Shown here: in pieces, positions 18,797 through 28,712 of the stretch
How the letters are laid out: each line of letters opens with the position of its first letter
Numbering within the stretch: the first letter of the stretch is position 1
From: a virus
DNA: 64,000 nucleotides
IMG/VR virus record: IMGVR_UViG_3300020139_000001
Coordinates: 1 to 64,000 of that record
Direction: 5' to 3' (one strand)
Notes under the pieces: generated by a model
The model's input: only the letters and a program-made list of their open reading frames with translations
Databases searched by the model: none
What the model was told of the DNA's origin: nothing
Made by a program: the position numbers and the translations under genes

Positions 18797-19545
18797 TCCT
18801 CACACTATCACAAATCAAGCACCGACGCTTCGTCAAGAGGGATGAGTTCAGGACGAATTGCATCTTCTGTGGAGATAACAAGGAACATCTCTATGTGAAT
18901 ACTGCCAATCAAGTGTTCCATTGTTTTAAATGTGGGGCTAGTGGACGCGTCATGATTGATAGCGACATTCGTATAACTCCTTATACAGCTACATCCCCGC
19001 CAACATTTATTGATCCTACAGAAGATGCAATTCGCTATTTGTCAAGTCGTGGACTAACTATGCAAGAGATCCTCATCTTTTGTCCCAAGTCTAGTCCGCA
19101 ACTTCCACAGTACGTATTCTCCTTCTACTCTCGTACTGCTATTGTTGGTAGAGCTATTGTGGACGACGTTCCGAAGTATCGTATCTATGAGTCTCGAGGT
19201 ACTCGGCTTTGGGGAGTAGAGTACATCGACATACGAAAGCCGATCGTGGTAGTCGAAGGGCTATTCGATTTGTTTGCTGTACGTCGCACATATCTCAATG
19301 TTGTTGCTGTGCTTGGAAAAGCGCTATCGCCGCACGTGGAGAGCTACTTGTCTAACTACCCCTCTCGAGTATACCTATGTTTGGATGCAGATGCATATAG
19401 GGAACAGACACTACTAAGAGATCGACTCCGTAGGTACAAAGAGAACGCGTACTGTGTGTATTTATCCTCGGGTGATCCTTGGGACCATAGGGATAGGTTG
19501 AGGTTCGACCAGATCACACAAGAGGAGGGGGATGTCTATGTTTAA
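18793..19545 (+). CDS. DNA primase (zinc-binding + Toprim domains)
   Basis: CIFC..HLYVN..FHCFKC zinc domain, YLSSRGL, and Toprim motifs VVEGLFD and LDADA. Confidence 0.88.
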   Translation: MILTLSQIKHRRFVKRDEFRTNCIFCGDNKEHLYVNTANQVFHCFKCGASGRVMIDSDIRITPYTATSPPTFIDPTEDAIRYLSSRGLTMQEILIFCPKSSPQLPQYVFSFYSRTAIVGRAIVDDVPKYRIYESRGTRLWGVEYIDIRKPIVVVEGLFDLFAVRRTYLNVVAVLGKALSPHVESYLSNYPSRVYLCLDADAYREQTLLRDRLRRYKENAYCVYLSSGDPWDHRDRLRFDQITQEEGDVYV

Positions 19546-19819
19546 GGTCACCTATATTGGCGTACACGACTTCTTGCGACACATTCACAGTAGGGGTACT
19601 ATCAGCACAACGGTAGAAGAAGGAGAACAAACAGTAACGTGGTCTGCAGTCCTACAATCTATGCGTGATGGATGGTGTGCTTTCCTACGAACGCCTACGC
19701 ACGATCGAGAACTAAACAAAAAGCTGCTCAAGCAAATCGAGACAGAACTGAACAATCTCTATCCACTGTCGTCACTGCAGAAGCTGATCGACACAGAGAG
19801 ACCAATTCTGTATCCTTAA
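19532..19819 (+). CDS. Hypothetical protein
   Basis: SD GGAGGGGG; in operon. Confidence 0.55.
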   Translation: MSMFKVTYIGVHDFLRHIHSRGTISTTVEEGEQTVTWSAVLQSMRDGWCAFLRTPTHDRELNKKLLKQIETELNNLYPLSSLQKLIDTERPILYP

Positions 19820-19881
19820 CATAGCCCACCTCCTACATCTTTCCATTTTATATTATACAAAAAATTGTAGGAGGTACTAGT

Positions 19882-20172
19882 ATGGAAAAGATCCTTGAAG
19901 ATTTGGGCTCTCTCCTTCGACACAAGGGTCAGTACTATGGTGACACATTTGGTACGGTTCCGAAGCTGCTACGTATTCTTTATGAGTCACGCAGAAACGA
20001 ACAAGGCCAGTACGTGCTGGACGATAAGGATTGGGACAATATGGTTGCTGTAGTCAGAGTTCTCGATAAGATGTGTAGACTTGTCGCTGGAGACAGAGGA
20101 GAGGAATCTGCGTGGAAGGACATAGCAGGGTACGCAATTCTTTCTCTCAACAGAGCGTTACAAGCAAAGTAG
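19882..20172 (+). CDS. DUF1599 / nucleotide-modification-associated alpha-helical domain protein
   Basis: K..YYGDTF...RVLDKMCRL...DIAGYAIL pattern. Confidence 0.6.
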   Translation: MEKILEDLGSLLRHKGQYYGDTFGTVPKLLRILYESRRNEQGQYVLDDKDWDNMVAVVRVLDKMCRLVAGDRGEESAWKDIAGYAILSLNRALQAK

Positions 20173-20208
20173 TCGTTGACTACTGATCCTTTTATAGGAG
20201 GTTAAAAT

Positions 20209-20901
20209 ATGTCAGTATTACAAGAGTTCTTAGAGGGGACTAGAGTGAGCCCTGTAACGTCATACTTTGTCCCAAAGCTTGGGCAAAACCATTTGCGAGT
20301 TGTAGTCAAAGGAAAACCTGTACTAACGTACAGGAGCCACTTCTTGAAGTACTCGATGATGTGCGCCCTCGATAATTGTTGGGTTTGTCGTATTGCAGAA
20401 ACTTTCGACTTGCCAGACTTCAGGGCGAGAGAAATGCGTGCAATCTACGTCGCAGATCTCGATGATCCCAACCCCCTAATCAAGTTGTTTACGTTTGGCC
20501 CAAGCATTGCTGGGAAACTTAATCTTATAGCATCAAACACGGAGATCTTGGATGAGGCAAAAGGTGCTATCCTCATCCTACAGAGATCCGGACAAGGTAG
20601 GAATACTAGGTACGAGATAGTACCTTCTAAGATTCTTGACCTCAGGACCATACCTCAGTATATCGAAGAGTATAAAGAGCTACCTCCACTGCAGGAAGCA
20701 CTCCAGAACGAAAGAGTACCTACTCCAGAGGTGATCCTAAACGACCTGAAAGACATTGTGAAGCCGGATGTGTATCAAGCTATTGCAGACTGGATTAAGG
20801 AGGTTACAGCTCCACCAGAACAAGATGTTCCTACTCCAACTATTACTACACAGGCGCAAGTTGACTTACAGTCTATCTTACAGTCTCTCAAGAAGAAGTG
20901 A
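20209..20901 (+). CDS. Single-stranded DNA-binding protein (gp32-like)
   Basis: Motifs GQNHLRVV, H...C....CWVC and RSGQGRNTRYEI; located in the replication cluster. Confidence 0.7.
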   Translation: MSVLQEFLEGTRVSPVTSYFVPKLGQNHLRVVVKGKPVLTYRSHFLKYSMMCALDNCWVCRIAETFDLPDFRAREMRAIYVADLDDPNPLIKLFTFGPSIAGKLNLIASNTEILDEAKGAILILQRSGQGRNTRYEIVPSKILDLRTIPQYIEEYKELPPLQEALQNERVPTPEVILNDLKDIVKPDVYQAIADWIKEVTAPPEQDVPTPTITTQAQVDLQSILQSLKKK

Positions 20902-21455
20902 CTCGAAGACTAGAGAAGTTTCTTAGGCGTAGGAACGTCATCAGAGTCCTTAAGTATTTATCGTCGTACTTTGGCGTTCCTACGCCAAAACTTTCTATTG
21001 TGACAGACTGTAAGGAACTTGCGTGCTATGATATTGAGAAAAGGACTATAACACTAAGCAGCGATCTACTCGACTCCCCCATTTCCTCACCTCGTATGCC
21101 CCACTTCTTAGATTGCATTATTCATGAGTTCGCTCACCATTTATGCAATCTGAATGGGTTGATGAGAGTCAATGGTAGGGTACATCACTTTTGGTTTGCT
21201 GCAGAACTGTGGAGGACAATTGTTGCAATCTATGGAGTAGAAAATGTAAGGATGTATGGTACATCCTATGAGTCAAAACTAGTGCAGAAATATCTCCAAT
21301 CTCTGGAGGAAGAATATGAGAGTCAAAGTTTGTACTGTACCCCCAAAGCGGATGCTGAAACACTACGTACCACTAGAGTGGCACGAACTAGGAGGTCCCA
21401 TTCAGCCACCACTAGATCATCACGGAGAAAGCGCAGACCTACCTCCTCCCGTTAG
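20898..21455 (+). CDS. SprT-like HExxH zinc metalloprotease
   Basis: IIHEFAHH followed by a downstream HH.WF. Confidence 0.6.
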   Translation: MTRRLEKFLRRRNVIRVLKYLSSYFGVPTPKLSIVTDCKELACYDIEKRTITLSSDLLDSPISSPRMPHFLDCIIHEFAHHLCNLNGLMRVNGRVHHFWFAAELWRTIVAIYGVENVRMYGTSYESKLVQKYLQSLEEEYESQSLYCTPKADAETLRTTRVARTRRSHSATTRSSRRKRRPTSSR

Positions 21456-22152
21456 AAGAGCCTTCACAGAGCTCTTCGGTATCCACAAAAGAAGAAAAGT
21501 TACTTACATTTGCAATCACTTTGATTGCGAAATGTTGTTCACGATTGCGGGTCTGCAAGGCATTTATGTTCCCCAATCTTTGTGGGAGATAGTTGAGTAT
21601 AGAGACGTTTCGTTTTATGTTGGCGTACGACCTCTGTTTATAGAGACAGAACATCCACAAGGTTGGAAGATCGCTATCACTAATGCTATACTGTCTCAAT
21701 ATAGGCTGATCGGCGACATCACTCCACTCGTACGAGAGCTACTTCGATTGATCAAGAGTGAGAACATCTACGCGTTCGTACTGGATCGTCCTAATGTCGT
21801 GCTCTTTGCTGAAGAACCTCTACGTGTAGGAGTTGCTTTCCCATCGAAAAGATCTCAAGGATTCTCCTCTTTCTACATGTACGCAGATCTTGTGATTGCT
21901 TATGACGGAAGAAAGATTTCTATAGGTCTACGTTCGGAAGAGTACCTTCACCTTTTTGGTCCTACAGGACTGCTCTCCTTAGCAAGTATGTTAGGCGGCG
22001 GTTGGGGTGGTAGAAGCATGCTTATATGCTCTCCTAGATCGCAGAAGATGTCGCTTCCACAGCTTATGGAGGTCGTGTCTAAAGTACTGCGTTTTTTGAA
22101 GGGAGGACGAGATGTCAGATTTATTCGAAACTCTCGGCATCGCACCTGTTGA
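21316..22152 (+). CDS. Hypothetical protein, possible DHH-like fold
   Basis: N-terminal LDHH, NHFD and C-terminal GWGGR..ICSPR; SD GGAGG. Confidence 0.5.
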   Translation: MRVKVCTVPPKRMLKHYVPLEWHELGGPIQPPLDHHGESADLPPPVRRAFTELFGIHKRRKVTYICNHFDCEMLFTIAGLQGIYVPQSLWEIVEYRDVSFYVGVRPLFIETEHPQGWKIAITNAILSQYRLIGDITPLVRELLRLIKSENIYAFVLDRPNVVLFAEEPLRVGVAFPSKRSQGFSSFYMYADLVIAYDGRKISIGLRSEEYLHLFGPTGLLSLASMLGGGWGGRSMLICSPRSQKMSLPQLMEVVSKVLRFLKGGRDVRFIRNSRHRTC

Positions 22153-23116
22153 CTCCGACCTCAAAACAGATGTGAAAGAGGTCATTCCTACTAACATAAT
22201 TCCTCTCGACATAGCTACTGGAGTAGGAGGCATACCTAGAGGCAGAATGACCTCCATTATAGGAAAATACAGCACGTGCAAGAGTACTATTAGCATACTA
22301 CTTGCGCGCAGTAATCATATGTTAGGAGGAAAGACGATCATACTTGACACAGAAAATACATACGAATCCACGAGACTAAAGTCTCTGGGTGTTGACCCTA
22401 AGAGTGTAGCTATCCTCACTTCTTACAAAGAAGATGTTGGATTCACTATGGAAACTGCATCTGAGTTCATTCTTTCTGCAGCAAAACTAGCTAAACCAGA
22501 GGACAAGTTGCTCATTATTTGGGACACTATCAGTAGTACACCATTAGCAGCAGAGGTAGCAGAGGAAGTAGACTTTGATAGTTTGAAGAAGCTTATGGGT
22601 ACACACTCGAGAATGCTCTCGAGACTCCTTAGAGCAGTGCCTAAAACATTTGTAGATAACAACGTCACTTTTGTTATGGTTGTACAACCAAAGATTGATC
22701 CGATGACAGGTTCGACCACGTATCTGGGGGAGCTTCCTATCAAGTTCCACTCCTCTATGATCATTCAATTGTCCACTTTCTCAAAAGAGGAGAAGCGTAT
22801 GACTATACAATTCGAGATCGTGAAGAACAAGGTAGCCCCTCCTAGTGGAAGAGGCAAATTTATCTACTACTACAAAGAGGGAGTAGACTACGTCTCTGCT
22901 TGGGAGCCCGCTGTAGGAAAGTCTGCTGCACACTATACGTTAGACAACGTCTCTGTTAAGAGAACAGAGTCGGCTCTCCTTTTGCGAAAGAAGAAAGAAC
23001 TAATTGAACAATTAGTTCTTTCTTCCTTAGCAAGACCCATTCCTTATCGCGTACTTATTCCGGATATGGAACAGACTAGAACAACAGAGGAGGAGGAAAA
23101 TGTTCAAACTGTCTGA
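22112..23116 (+). CDS. recA: RecA/UvsX-like recombinase
   Basis: Motifs IPTNIIPLDIATGVGGIPRGR, Walker A variant GKYSTCKS, LDTEN, IIWDTIS, IKFHSS and VKNKVAPP. Confidence 0.88.
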   Translation: MSDLFETLGIAPVDSDLKTDVKEVIPTNIIPLDIATGVGGIPRGRMTSIIGKYSTCKSTISILLARSNHMLGGKTIILDTENTYESTRLKSLGVDPKSVAILTSYKEDVGFTMETASEFILSAAKLAKPEDKLLIIWDTISSTPLAAEVAEEVDFDSLKKLMGTHSRMLSRLLRAVPKTFVDNNVTFVMVVQPKIDPMTGSTTYLGELPIKFHSSMIIQLSTFSKEEKRMTIQFEIVKNKVAPPSGRGKFIYYYKEGVDYVSAWEPAVGKSAAHYTLDNVSVKRTESALLLRKKKELIEQLVLSSLARPIPYRVLIPDMEQTRTTEEEENVQTV

Positions 23117-23720
23117 GTTGTTCACTAGCATTCAAGGGGAGGTTCAGTGGGTAGGACGCTATAGTGTCTTCGTGCGATTTGCAGGGTGCAACCTGAATTG
23201 TCTTTTTTGTGACACACCTCAAAAAACAAAGATCGATATGGAGATTGATGTACCTCGCCTTTTGTCCTACCTCAAAGAGGCACAAGCTCAGCATGTAGTG
23301 ATAACTGGTGGTGAACCACTTCTCAATATCGCTGAGATTGATTACTTGCTTTCTGAACTTCCCGAAGAAGTCTCTGTTGAGATAGAGACCAATGGTACGT
23401 TACTAGAGAGAGTGCCTAATAAGTGGGTGGGCAAAGTATACTTCAACATCTCCCCCAAAGTACACTACAGAGAACTATATACATCGCTTCCCCCAGACTG
23501 GCCTCATACGGTATACAAATTCCCTGTAGACGAGACCAACTTACAAGAGACAAAGAGTTTCATTATGCACCATCAGATCCCAAAGAAGATAGTGTACTTT
23601 ATGCCAATTTCAAAAACATATACGGAGTATGTGCTAAATGCCCCTATAGTACTAGAGGAGGCACTCTCTTGGAGAGTAAACTTCTCTCCAAGACTTCAAC
23701 TTATACAAGCGGTAAAATAG
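23100..23720 (+). CDS. queE: 7-carboxy-7-deazaguanine synthase (radical SAM)
   Basis: ELFTSIQGE, FVRFAGCNLNCLFCDT (CxxxCxxC), VITGGEPLL, EIETNG, ISPK and SPRLQ. Confidence 0.92.
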   Translation: MFKLSELFTSIQGEVQWVGRYSVFVRFAGCNLNCLFCDTPQKTKIDMEIDVPRLLSYLKEAQAQHVVITGGEPLLNIAEIDYLLSELPEEVSVEIETNGTLLERVPNKWVGKVYFNISPKVHYRELYTSLPPDWPHTVYKFPVDETNLQETKSFIMHHQIPKKIVYFMPISKTYTEYVLNAPIVLEEALSWRVNFSPRLQLIQAVK

Positions 23721-23729
23721 AGGTGTGCT

Positions 23730-24542
23730 ATGATTGTATATCACCGAATTATGAAGTACGAAGTCCTGAGGTACTTACAACGACATTTGCCCGCTCCACT
23801 AGCGATCAGCATCTTAGATTATGATGTAGTAATGGACACTAACTGGCTCTCAGTTAGAGAGCACTTCCCTAGTCTGAGGATATTCTTTGATCGTGCTGTG
23901 TTCGAGAAGATCGAAGTCAGCACCGACCAATATCTTCGGTGGGTGGAAGTGCTGAAACCTGACTGTTGGGTACTTCCTGATGTAATCGACTCATTAGAAG
24001 ACACTATCCGTCTACTAGGAGAATACTCCTCTCAGATCTCGACTCTGAAACATAGAGGACAAAGAGTTTTGGTCTTAGCATCAGTACCCACTGATATGTC
24101 AATTGACGAAAAGATTAGAAAGTTTATCCAAGACTTCAGGATTACGCATATCGGTATTCCTTACAGAAGTGGACCTACTCCTACTTCGTTCTACAACCGG
24201 CTGGAAGCAATGTGGTACGCAGATCACCTCCGCTTGAGAAAACATTGGTTAGGTTTGGAGAGGATCACCGAGCTAGGATGTATATTCTTGACAAACGGAA
24301 GTTTAGATACTAATCTGTGTCTAGCTTCCACACTAGAGGGGTTCAGGATATCTGAGCACTACTCAAAGATAGCTATCCCAGAGAAAGTGGAGAGGATCGA
24401 TGTAGATCTTTTAAGAGAGAATATTCTGTTGTTGGAGAACTACATTAACTCCCTACGGAGGAAGTATGGCAGTACTCCATATACTAGACGAAAATTTTAC
24501 AAAGGTCGAAGACCATACCGAAGAGGAGTTCGCGTGTCTTAG
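23730..24542 (+). CDS. Putative DpdA/TGT-like DNA transglycosylase
   Basis: TIM-barrel-like motif order FFDRAVFE, LPDV, IGIP, KHWLGL, SLDTN resembles DpdA/TGT motifs. Lies directly downstream of queE. Confidence 0.55.
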   Translation: MIVYHRIMKYEVLRYLQRHLPAPLAISILDYDVVMDTNWLSVREHFPSLRIFFDRAVFEKIEVSTDQYLRWVEVLKPDCWVLPDVIDSLEDTIRLLGEYSSQISTLKHRGQRVLVLASVPTDMSIDEKIRKFIQDFRITHIGIPYRSGPTPTSFYNRLEAMWYADHLRLRKHWLGLERITELGCIFLTNGSLDTNLCLASTLEGFRISEHYSKIAIPEKVERIDVDLLRENILLLENYINSLRRKYGSTPYTRRKFYKGRRPYRRGVRVS

Positions 24543-25779
24543 AGAGCTCCTTTCTTACACACAATATTATATGATGTACGGTAGGTGGATAAGAGATACT
24601 AAATATCTCTTGTCCGCCACCAAAAAATTAATGCCCACCGGATTGGTTCCTTATGTTCAGTCACGTTTGACAATACCACTCAACATTATTGATGACAGAG
24701 TTCATTGGACTCTAGACATCTCTTCCATACAAGGCAAGCTAGAACCCTATCAGCAAGAGGTATTGAGTCAGATACAACAGAAGAAGAGATGTATTGTATG
24801 TTTACCCACAGGTAGTGGGAAGACTTACATGTACAGCGTCGTGAGTGCATTCATTGATAAGAAGGTAGCGATCGTCGTACCCGCAAAAGAAGTTCTGGAT
24901 CAGGTTGAGAGAACCTTGAGAGAGTATACCAATGACTTTGTTGTCTTCTGGGGGCCAAAAACTGACTTGGACAAAAGAATCGTAATATCTACTGCGGGCA
25001 CGCTAGCCGCAAGATTCAACTACATAAGGGAAGAGATGTCTACTGTTGAGGTGCTGTTTGCAGATGAAGCACATTACTATGGTGCAAACTCATTCTTCAG
25101 AGTCTCACACTTGTTTCCCAGAGCACACTATCGTGTGGGGTTTTCTGCTACGCCAGTAGGTAGATCCGATAAAGCTGATCTTCGTGTGTTAGGAGTGTTT
25201 TCTCCCGAGATGATCTATACGACACATAAGATAGATAGGATCGTACCCGTAAGCGTAGTATTTTTGGATTATACAAAGAATAACCCAGCGTTTTCTGACC
25301 CAGAAGACTATGAAGCTCTCTTAAAGGATCGTCGTAGGATCCAAGCTATCTGTTGGATTGCTTCCCAACTGCGGGATACACAGATCCCGTTTCTTATATT
25401 CGTAGACAGGCTTGAGTTAGGCGAGAAGATCGCCTTTCACTTGCAGATTCCGTTCGTTACAGCAAACTCCAACGACAGAGGCAAAGTCTTCCAACAGATA
25501 AGAGAGAATAAACTTATAGGTGCCGTTACAACAATTGGACACACCGGATTGGATATTCCGGTACTAATGGCTATTATCAACACCGTACGAGACACTACAC
25601 CTATAAGTTTGGGACAACGTGCAGGACGTGTAATGAGGAAACTGGACTCGAAGAACATTGGAGTAGTGTTCGATTTCTTAGATCGAGGAAGGTTACCTGC
25701 ACGTTGGGCTAGTAAAAGAATGAGAGTATATCAAGCGTTAGGATTTAGTGTTATGACTTTGGAGGTACCAATGTTATGA
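24466..25779 (+). CDS. Superfamily 2 helicase (UvsW-like)
   Basis: Motifs PTGSGKT, DEAH, SATP, GLDIP and QRAGRVMR. Confidence 0.9.
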   Translation: MAVLHILDENFTKVEDHTEEEFACLRELLSYTQYYMMYGRWIRDTKYLLSATKKLMPTGLVPYVQSRLTIPLNIIDDRVHWTLDISSIQGKLEPYQQEVLSQIQQKKRCIVCLPTGSGKTYMYSVVSAFIDKKVAIVVPAKEVLDQVERTLREYTNDFVVFWGPKTDLDKRIVISTAGTLAARFNYIREEMSTVEVLFADEAHYYGANSFFRVSHLFPRAHYRVGFSATPVGRSDKADLRVLGVFSPEMIYTTHKIDRIVPVSVVFLDYTKNNPAFSDPEDYEALLKDRRRIQAICWIASQLRDTQIPFLIFVDRLELGEKIAFHLQIPFVTANSNDRGKVFQQIRENKLIGAVTTIGHTGLDIPVLMAIINTVRDTTPISLGQRAGRVMRKLDSKNIGVVFDFLDRGRLPARWASKRMRVYQALGFSVMTLEVPML

Positions 25780-26447
25780 TTCTCCGTGTGACAAATCTAG
25801 AATTTGTACAGACGTGCGAGGTTCAGTTTGCTTTTGCTCATTCAGGAAGGTTCGTGTTCGAGTCCGCAGCGTCAAAACGTGGAAAAGAGCTGCATACGTT
25901 GTTCGAAAGTATAGTGAGGGGAGACCTAACAAAAGTGCCCTCTCACTATACTACTATAGTCAATAACTTACGACAATGGTGGGTATCCAAAGAACGTACT
26001 GTACTATTGCAAGAAAAGAGACTGCGAGTCAAGCTCGGAGAAGGTATAGAGCTCACCGGCAAACCTGACTTGGTAGTAAAAGAAGACGGTCTCGTAAAGA
26101 TCGTCGATCTCAAAACTGGACAGAATCCTGAGACCTATCTGTACTCACCACAACTCCCCTTGTATGCAATACTTATCATGTTGCATACATCATGTCAGGT
26201 TCAGCCACGTATGCTTGCTGTACTTGGTGTAGATGGGCGTTCATATGAGAAAGATATGACACTCGAGGATATTACGTTCGCTACAAAATTGATAGAGTTT
26301 GCAGTTGCGATACTCGAGAGAGGATACTTCCGAAAGGGATACAGCTGTAGTTATTGTGACTACTTCCCTCTGTGTTTCCAGATCAAGAAACACGTAGTAA
26401 CGATGGAGGATATCGACAAACTTTCACTACAGGAGGTGACAAAATGA
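25776..26447 (+). CDS. PD-(D/E)xK Cas4/RecB-like exonuclease
   Basis: GKELH, GKPD..IVDLKTG, QLPLY and C-terminal CSYCDYFPLC. Confidence 0.8.
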   Translation: MILRVTNLEFVQTCEVQFAFAHSGRFVFESAASKRGKELHTLFESIVRGDLTKVPSHYTTIVNNLRQWWVSKERTVLLQEKRLRVKLGEGIELTGKPDLVVKEDGLVKIVDLKTGQNPETYLYSPQLPLYAILIMLHTSCQVQPRMLAVLGVDGRSYEKDMTLEDITFATKLIEFAVAILERGYFRKGYSCSYCDYFPLCFQIKKHVVTMEDIDKLSLQEVTK

Positions 26448-27112
26448 GGTTCAGGTGTTGGGTAAGAGGAGATGACAATGTTTGGCACGACGAGGGACGT
26501 TGGACGGCGTCCGACTACCTTGACTGTTTCAATAAGATACTCACAACTAGAGCTGAGAGAGAAGGCCAACCCGTATGGCAGAACGCTGAGTTTCCTATTC
26601 AAGTTCAAGAAGATGCACTTATGGAGATAGACGATTGGTCACCTATTCGTGCTCCAGGACAAGCGCTGAGTAACTTCAATGCGGCGTTCATTATAGCCTA
26701 CGAAGAGACGCCATACGTTCGTTGGATACACACAGAGCTATCACTTCTTCGGGATAAGGATGTAGGATCTACATTTAGAGCTTATATTCGTGGAGAGAGT
26801 GGGAGGTGGATAGATGGAGGCTTTCTCTACACGAGTGATCCACGAGAGGCAGTAAAACTAGTGCTTTCTGGAGCACCAGAACAGTACGCTGAAGCTGGCA
26901 GAAAATACTACAAGTGGGACAATGCTTGGTTTGAACTAGGAGAGGAGTCTTCAATCAACGTGAGCTGGGAAACGATTTCCTCTCCTATTGACATACGATC
27001 TACCCCGGTATATTTTAGTGGAGACAACCACGTGATCGTTCTGTACGACGGACTGAGGTACATGAGATGGTTGTTACAAGAGTTAACAGCGAGATTGGCG
27101 TGTTGTAGTTGA
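26444..27112 (+). CDS. Hypothetical protein with an internally duplicated domain (paralog of 29188-29799)
   Basis: Two units: FRCWVRG..WHDEG...YVRWIHTEL and FRAYIRG..WIDGG...YMRWLLQEL. Confidence 0.7.
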   Translation: MRFRCWVRGDDNVWHDEGRWTASDYLDCFNKILTTRAEREGQPVWQNAEFPIQVQEDALMEIDDWSPIRAPGQALSNFNAAFIIAYEETPYVRWIHTELSLLRDKDVGSTFRAYIRGESGRWIDGGFLYTSDPREAVKLVLSGAPEQYAEAGRKYYKWDNAWFELGEESSINVSWETISSPIDIRSTPVYFSGDNHVIVLYDGLRYMRWLLQELTARLACCS

Positions 27113-27297
27113 AAAAGTGTGTCCAATGTGGTAGGAGTTTTAACAAGAGTAAGGGCAAGAACCTTTGCCAAAGGTGTTACTATAAACATATGATTTGGAG
27201 CAAGCACCGTAAGAAAGGAGGTACACATGTGCACTCTCTTAGGATGGTACAGCACTGTGCCAGTACGAACACCAAAGAAACTACTACCGTACGTTGA
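27109..27297 (+). CDS. Small basic zinc-finger protein
   Basis: CVQC...CQRC; TTG start overlapping the upstream stop. Confidence 0.4.
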   Translation: MKKCVQCGRSFNKSKGKNLCQRCYYKHMIWSKHRKKGGTHVHSLRMVQHCASTNTKETTTVR

Positions 27298-28699
27298 TGC
27301 CAGAGGACGAGATGCTTTTGGTGTCTACGTGGAAACACTAGGAAAATTTGTTTTCTCATCAAAGAAGGATCTCCTCCAGTTTCTACATCATTTACCTGGG
27401 CAAAGATTCGTATCGATTGTATCGAGAGCAATACCTGCAAGTGAGAGGCACGCTACGGACGTTGAAAAAGATACACAACCTTTTACAGACCAGAACTGGG
27501 TAGTAACACATAATGGTATTATCGCAAACGACGAAACCCTAGAGAAACAATACTCCCTTACGAGAACTTCAAAAGTGGACACTGCCGTAGTACCACCACT
27601 ATTACAAAAACTAGGAATCGAGGACACTCTTAAAGCACTACAAGGAAGCTTTGCGTTAACCGTCTACAAAAGGAACACAGGTACGTTGTACTTAGCAACT
27701 AACTTTATGCCTCTCTATTGGGCAGTATCCGGAGCCATGGTAATGTGGTCTAGTATGCCTATCCCAGGCTTTCAACCTTTGGAGCCCTACTCTTATTTGA
27801 CTATCAACAAAAGGAGTGACCATACGTTCAATGTAGTGTCCACAAGACTGCCTACCACATTGGACCAATCTAGAGTCGCAGTCGTATGTAGTGGAGGAAT
27901 GGATAGCGTTACTACATTGCGATTGTATCAAGTCTTAGGTTACTCACCTACCATTGTCCACTTCGACTATGGACAAGCAGCTAGCGAAGTAGAGGACTAC
28001 TGCACATCAAGAATAAGTGAGATCTACGGGATACCGAAGTTAAAGCTAGAAGTATCCCAAATATTCAAACACATGAAGTCTGTCCTTACTACGGCGAAAG
28101 CTGCCGATCCAAAGTATAGGCATTGGGATATGGAAAGCACCTACTCATACGTAGGTGCAAGAAACTTGATACTAGCATCTTTAGCTATGGGCATTGCAGA
28201 AGAACTGAACATTGGAAGACTTGCTCTAGGACTGAATCTGGATGATGGAGGAGGGTATCCAGACAACAACTCCCCCTTTGTAGACACTCTACACCAATTG
28301 AGTGCTTATGCTCTCAATTGGAACCATTACATGTACGTAGAAGCACCATTTGTACACCTTACGAAGAAAGAGATACTCGAAGTAGCTCTAGCTATAGGAT
28401 CTCCTCTACATCTCACCGCTTCGTGCTACTACCCCAAACTAGAGGGCTCACAAATTGTGTATTGTGGACAGTGCGGATGCGACAAGCTAAGGGAAGAGAG
28501 CTTTAGAGCTCTTGGTATTAAGGACCCTATCCCTTACGCTACCAACCCATCTTGGGAAGGTTGTTCAGAACTAGAGCAAACAGACTGGGTTCGGGTTAGA
28601 GAGCCCCACACAAGACTTAAGCTAGAGGAGATACCTTACCACAAGTATCTACAGCTTCGCTCAGATTTGTCAGTAGTAAACTCATTTACTACATCATAG
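27227..28699 (+). CDS. queC: Gat-QueC fusion (class II glutamine amidotransferase + 7-cyano-7-deazaguanine synthase)
   Basis: Ntn-GATase domain: N-terminal MC, RGRDAFG, TQPF, HNGIIAN, VDT. QueC domain: CSGGMDS, FDYGQ, YVGARN, YPD, SCY, CGQCGCD. Confidence 0.92.
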   Translation: MCTLLGWYSTVPVRTPKKLLPYVDARGRDAFGVYVETLGKFVFSSKKDLLQFLHHLPGQRFVSIVSRAIPASERHATDVEKDTQPFTDQNWVVTHNGIIANDETLEKQYSLTRTSKVDTAVVPPLLQKLGIEDTLKALQGSFALTVYKRNTGTLYLATNFMPLYWAVSGAMVMWSSMPIPGFQPLEPYSYLTINKRSDHTFNVVSTRLPTTLDQSRVAVVCSGGMDSVTTLRLYQVLGYSPTIVHFDYGQAASEVEDYCTSRISEIYGIPKLKLEVSQIFKHMKSVLTTAKAADPKYRHWDMESTYSYVGARNLILASLAMGIAEELNIGRLALGLNLDDGGGYPDNNSPFVDTLHQLSAYALNWNHYMYVEAPFVHLTKKEILEVALAIGSPLHLTASCYYPKLEGSQIVYCGQCGCDKLREESFRALGIKDPIPYATNPSWEGCSELEQTDWVRVREPHTRLKLEEIPYHKYLQLRSDLSVVNSFTTS

Positions 28700-28712
28700 A
28701 AGGAGGAATGCA

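Noticed and set aside
25776-26447. Cas4-like nuclease as evidence of a CRISPR system
   Set aside because: No repeat-spacer array or other cas genes are visible, and stand-alone Cas4-like nucleases are common in phage replication modules.
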